Assembly: GCA_947628965.1 (NCBI GenBank)
Contig: CANRBV010000003.1
Location: 2,653 to 66,652, forward strand
Direction of reading: 5' to 3'
Length of the DNA: 64,000 nt
Origin: an uncultured Bacilli bacterium
GTDB taxonomy: Bacteria; Bacillota_I; Bacilli_A; RF39; UBA660
Position numbers and translations under genes: made by a program. Numbering within the stretch: position 1 is the first letter of the stretch; every line of letters starts with the position of its first letter. Of this stretch, positions 61,626 through 64,000 are shown one piece after another. The notes beneath the pieces are model-generated. The model saw only the letters and a list, made by a program, of their open reading frames with translations. It was not told the DNA's origin and ran no database searches.

Positions 61626-62963
61626 ATGCCAAGATTAAGAAGAAAAATAGATCATTTTTTGATTGAATGGAAGCAAGATAAAAATAAATTACCATTAATA
61701 GTTAAAGGAGCAAGACAAGTAGGAAAAACTTCTGCGATTGAAAACTTTGGTAAGCAAAACTACAAATATATGGTGGAAATTAACTTTGTTTTGCAAAAAC
61801 AATACCAATCTATATTTGATAATGGTTATGAAGTAGATACGATTTTAAAAAATATTTCTTTAATCAATCCGAATCTTACTTTTGAACCGCAGAATACCTT
61901 AATCTTTTTTGATGAAATTCAAGATTGTATAAATGCTGCGACCTCTCTAAAATCATTTCATTTGGATGGAAGATTCGATGTAATTTGTTCTGGCTCTTTA
62001 ATGGGAATAAACTACAATGAAATTGAATCAAATAGTGTTGGGAATAAACAAGATTATGAAATGTATTCCATGGATTTTGAAGAATTTTTATGGGCGAAGG
62101 GATATAAAGAAGAACAAATTGATGACCTATATTCTTCTATGTTAAAATGCGAACCATTATCTCAAACAATGTATGATGTTATGAAGGCGAATTTTCAAGA
62201 ATACATGATAATAGGAGGCATGCCTGCGATAGTGGCTCGTTTTATAGAACAGAAAAATTATTCAGGCATTCTAGAAATGCAACGTCAAATATTATTAGAC
62301 TATGAAGAAGATATTACGAAATATGCTGGTGGATTAGACAAAACCAAAATATTAAATGTATTTAGAAAAATACCTGTTTTTCTTGGCAATGAAAACAAAA
62401 AATTTCAAATATCAAAACTTCAAAATGGGGCTAGAAATAGAGAATATATTGGAGTCATGGAGTGGCTAGAAAATGCTGGAATAATAAATATATGCTATTG
62501 TTTAGCACAAGTTGAACTTCCCTTAAAAGGAAATTATAATCCCAATTCTTATAAATTGTATTTTAGAGATACTGGATTATTAATTGGAACTCTAGATGAG
62601 GAAGCTCAAGAGGATTTAAGAAGCAACAAGAACTTTAATACGTATAAAGGTGCCCTATATGAAAATATAGTTGGTGAAATGCTCGTAAAAGAAGGATATT
62701 CTTTGTATTTCTATAAAAATGATAAAAGCACTATTGAAATGGATTTTTTTGTTAGAGATGCCGATTCATTAATTCCAATAGAAGTAAAAAGCAATGATAA
62801 TCCAACTAAATCGCTAAAACATTTATTACAAGACAAACAATATAAAGATATCAAGTATGGAATAAAATTAGCAAATAAAAACATTGGATTTGCAAATCAA
62901 TTTTATACCTTTCCTTATTTCTTAACATTCTTGTTAAAGCGTTTTTTAAAAGAAAAGAAATAG
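61626..62963 (+). CDS. AAA-family ATPase (AAA_14 N-domain + DUF4143-like C-domain)
   Basis: The Walker A region GARQVGKTS lies near the N-terminus, followed by Walker B-like IFFDEIQ. The ~445-aa size and architecture are typical of AAA_14/DUF4143 proteins. Confidence 0.55.
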   Translation: MPRLRRKIDHFLIEWKQDKNKLPLIVKGARQVGKTSAIENFGKQNYKYMVEINFVLQKQYQSIFDNGYEVDTILKNISLINPNLTFEPQNTLIFFDEIQDCINAATSLKSFHLDGRFDVICSGSLMGINYNEIESNSVGNKQDYEMYSMDFEEFLWAKGYKEEQIDDLYSSMLKCEPLSQTMYDVMKANFQEYMIIGGMPAIVARFIEQKNYSGILEMQRQILLDYEEDITKYAGGLDKTKILNVFRKIPVFLGNENKKFQISKLQNGARNREYIGVMEWLENAGIINICYCLAQVELPLKGNYNPNSYKLYFRDTGLLIGTLDEEAQEDLRSNKNFNTYKGALYENIVGEMLVKEGYSLYFYKNDKSTIEMDFFVRDADSLIPIEVKSNDNPTKSLKHLLQDKQYKDIKYGIKLANKNIGFANQFYTFPYFLTFLLKRFLKEKK

Positions 62964-63042
62964 AAAAAAGTTTAAGAGAGAAGTATATTCTCTTTTGCTT
63001 TTTTAAGAAATATGATACTATCTTATATGGTAGGTGAAGTAA

Positions 63043-64000
63043 ATGGCAAAAAGAAGAAGAAACAGACATTTAAAAAAAATAGTTTGGCTATTTCTTTTAA
63101 CTATTCTAGTTTTTATAGGAGTATTAATTTTTAATCAAAGCAAAGAAAACAATGATGTATTTCTTCCTTCCATCAATAACCATGCGGAAGAGGAAAGATT
63201 AAAAAAAGAAAAAGAACAAAAAGAAAAATATACGGCTTGTTTAGCAAAACCCTTCCAAGAAGAGGAACTTACCGATGATTTAGTAGAAATGAAAGAAAAT
63301 ATTGATGCTTATATTAAAGAGAATAATTATAAAGCAAGTGTAATGTATGAAGATATTGCAACTGGTTTTATATATCAATATAAAGCAAGTACGATTTATT
63401 ATGGCTGTAGTCTTATAAAAATTGTTGACGCTATTTATCTAATTAATGAAGCAATAAAAGGTAATGTGAATTTGGATACCGAAACTGTAACGTATACGAG
63501 TAAATATGTTAAAAGTTTTAGTAGTGGAATGGCTAAAAGAAAAATTGGTGAAAAAGTAACCTTAAGAGATTTGATTACTTATGCCATATCTGTAAGTGAT
63601 AATAGTGCTCATTTAATGCTTCTTGACTATATTGGTTTTAATACCCTAAAAGAGTATGGGCAAAGTTTAGGAGCAAAAGTAATTTTAACAGGTGGAGATA
63701 ACTATGGAAATCAAACAGCAGAGGATACAAACATTTACTTAAAAGAAGCTTATAAAATAATTACAGAAAATGAAGAGTATGGCCCATTTTTAAAAAGCCT
63801 TATGGATAATAATGAACGCAATGCTTTTAATACGGAAACTATAAAAATCTATCATAAATATGGAAGTTATGCAGAGAATTACCACGATATTGGATTAAGT
63901 CTAGAAGAAAACCCTTATACAATCTCAATATTAACTTTACACGAAAATAGTGGGTACTTAAAAATTGTTCAAAGTATTCATGAAAAAATAAGAGAGTTAC
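63043..64000 (+). CDS. Class A beta-lactamase-like serine hydrolase with N-terminal membrane anchor (partial, continues past window end)
   Basis: An N-terminal TM is followed by an SxxK motif (GCSLIK) and an SDN motif (SVSDNSAHLML). No stop occurs before position 64000. Confidence 0.5.
   Translation, partial: MAKRRRNRHLKKIVWLFLLTILVFIGVLIFNQSKENNDVFLPSINNHAEEERLKKEKEQKEKYTACLAKPFQEEELTDDLVEMKENIDAYIKENNYKASVMYEDIATGFIYQYKASTIYYGCSLIKIVDAIYLINEAIKGNVNLDTETVTYTSKYVKSFSSGMAKRKIGEKVTLRDLITYAISVSDNSAHLMLLDYIGFNTLKEYGQSLGAKVILTGGDNYGNQTAEDTNIYLKEAYKIITENEEYGPFLKSLMDNNERNAFNTETIKIYHKYGSYAENYHDIGLSLEENPYTISILTLHENSGYLKIVQSIHEKIREL

Overview
This is a low-GC (~27-30%) Firmicute chromosome window spanning the replication origin. 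Core genes include the mfd-pth to dnaX, gyrA-gyrB-recF-dnaN-dnaA block on the minus strand, then oriC, then rpmH-rnpA-yidC-jag-mnmE-mnmG-rsmG, a ParB-like gene and rpsL-rpsG-fusA-tuf on the plus strand. Gene orientation switches at about 48.2-48.5 kb, as expected for co-orientation with replication. Synteny with Bacillus sporulation and housekeeping genes (bofA-like, spoVT, yabG, veg, spoVG, ricT, tatD, ksgA, metG with a T-box leader) indicates a spore-forming Clostridia or Erysipelotrichia-like organism. The left ~18 kb looks like mobile-element cargo. It holds a MobA/VirD2-type relaxase at the window edge, an Eco57I-like type IIG restriction-modification pair (987-aa fused REase-MTase plus a 545-aa MTase), and a DUF4297 (Cap4-like nuclease)-HerA ATPase two-gene defence module. 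It also holds an unknown 202-aa ORF flanked by ~140-bp direct repeats carrying a hairpin and a terminator, and an uncharacterised locus of FtsX-type ABC transporter components with small secreted Tyr/Ser/Gly-rich proteins and a membrane-anchored XRE regulator. That last locus may be a Lcn972-type bacteriocin-like export or immunity module. The island shows decay: a tandem-XRE HTH gene has an in-frame TGA at its conserved Trp, and a minus-strand gene fragment has an in-frame TAA. Elsewhere a ComK-like gene sits between dnaN and recF, the rpmH reading frame is broken in a poly-A tract, the ParB-like protein has no ParA partner and a long repetitive acidic tail, three exact GGAATTTTGTGA direct repeats precede an AAA ATPase, and a small SRP RNA lies between gyrA and tadA next to two CACGTG-core palindromes.
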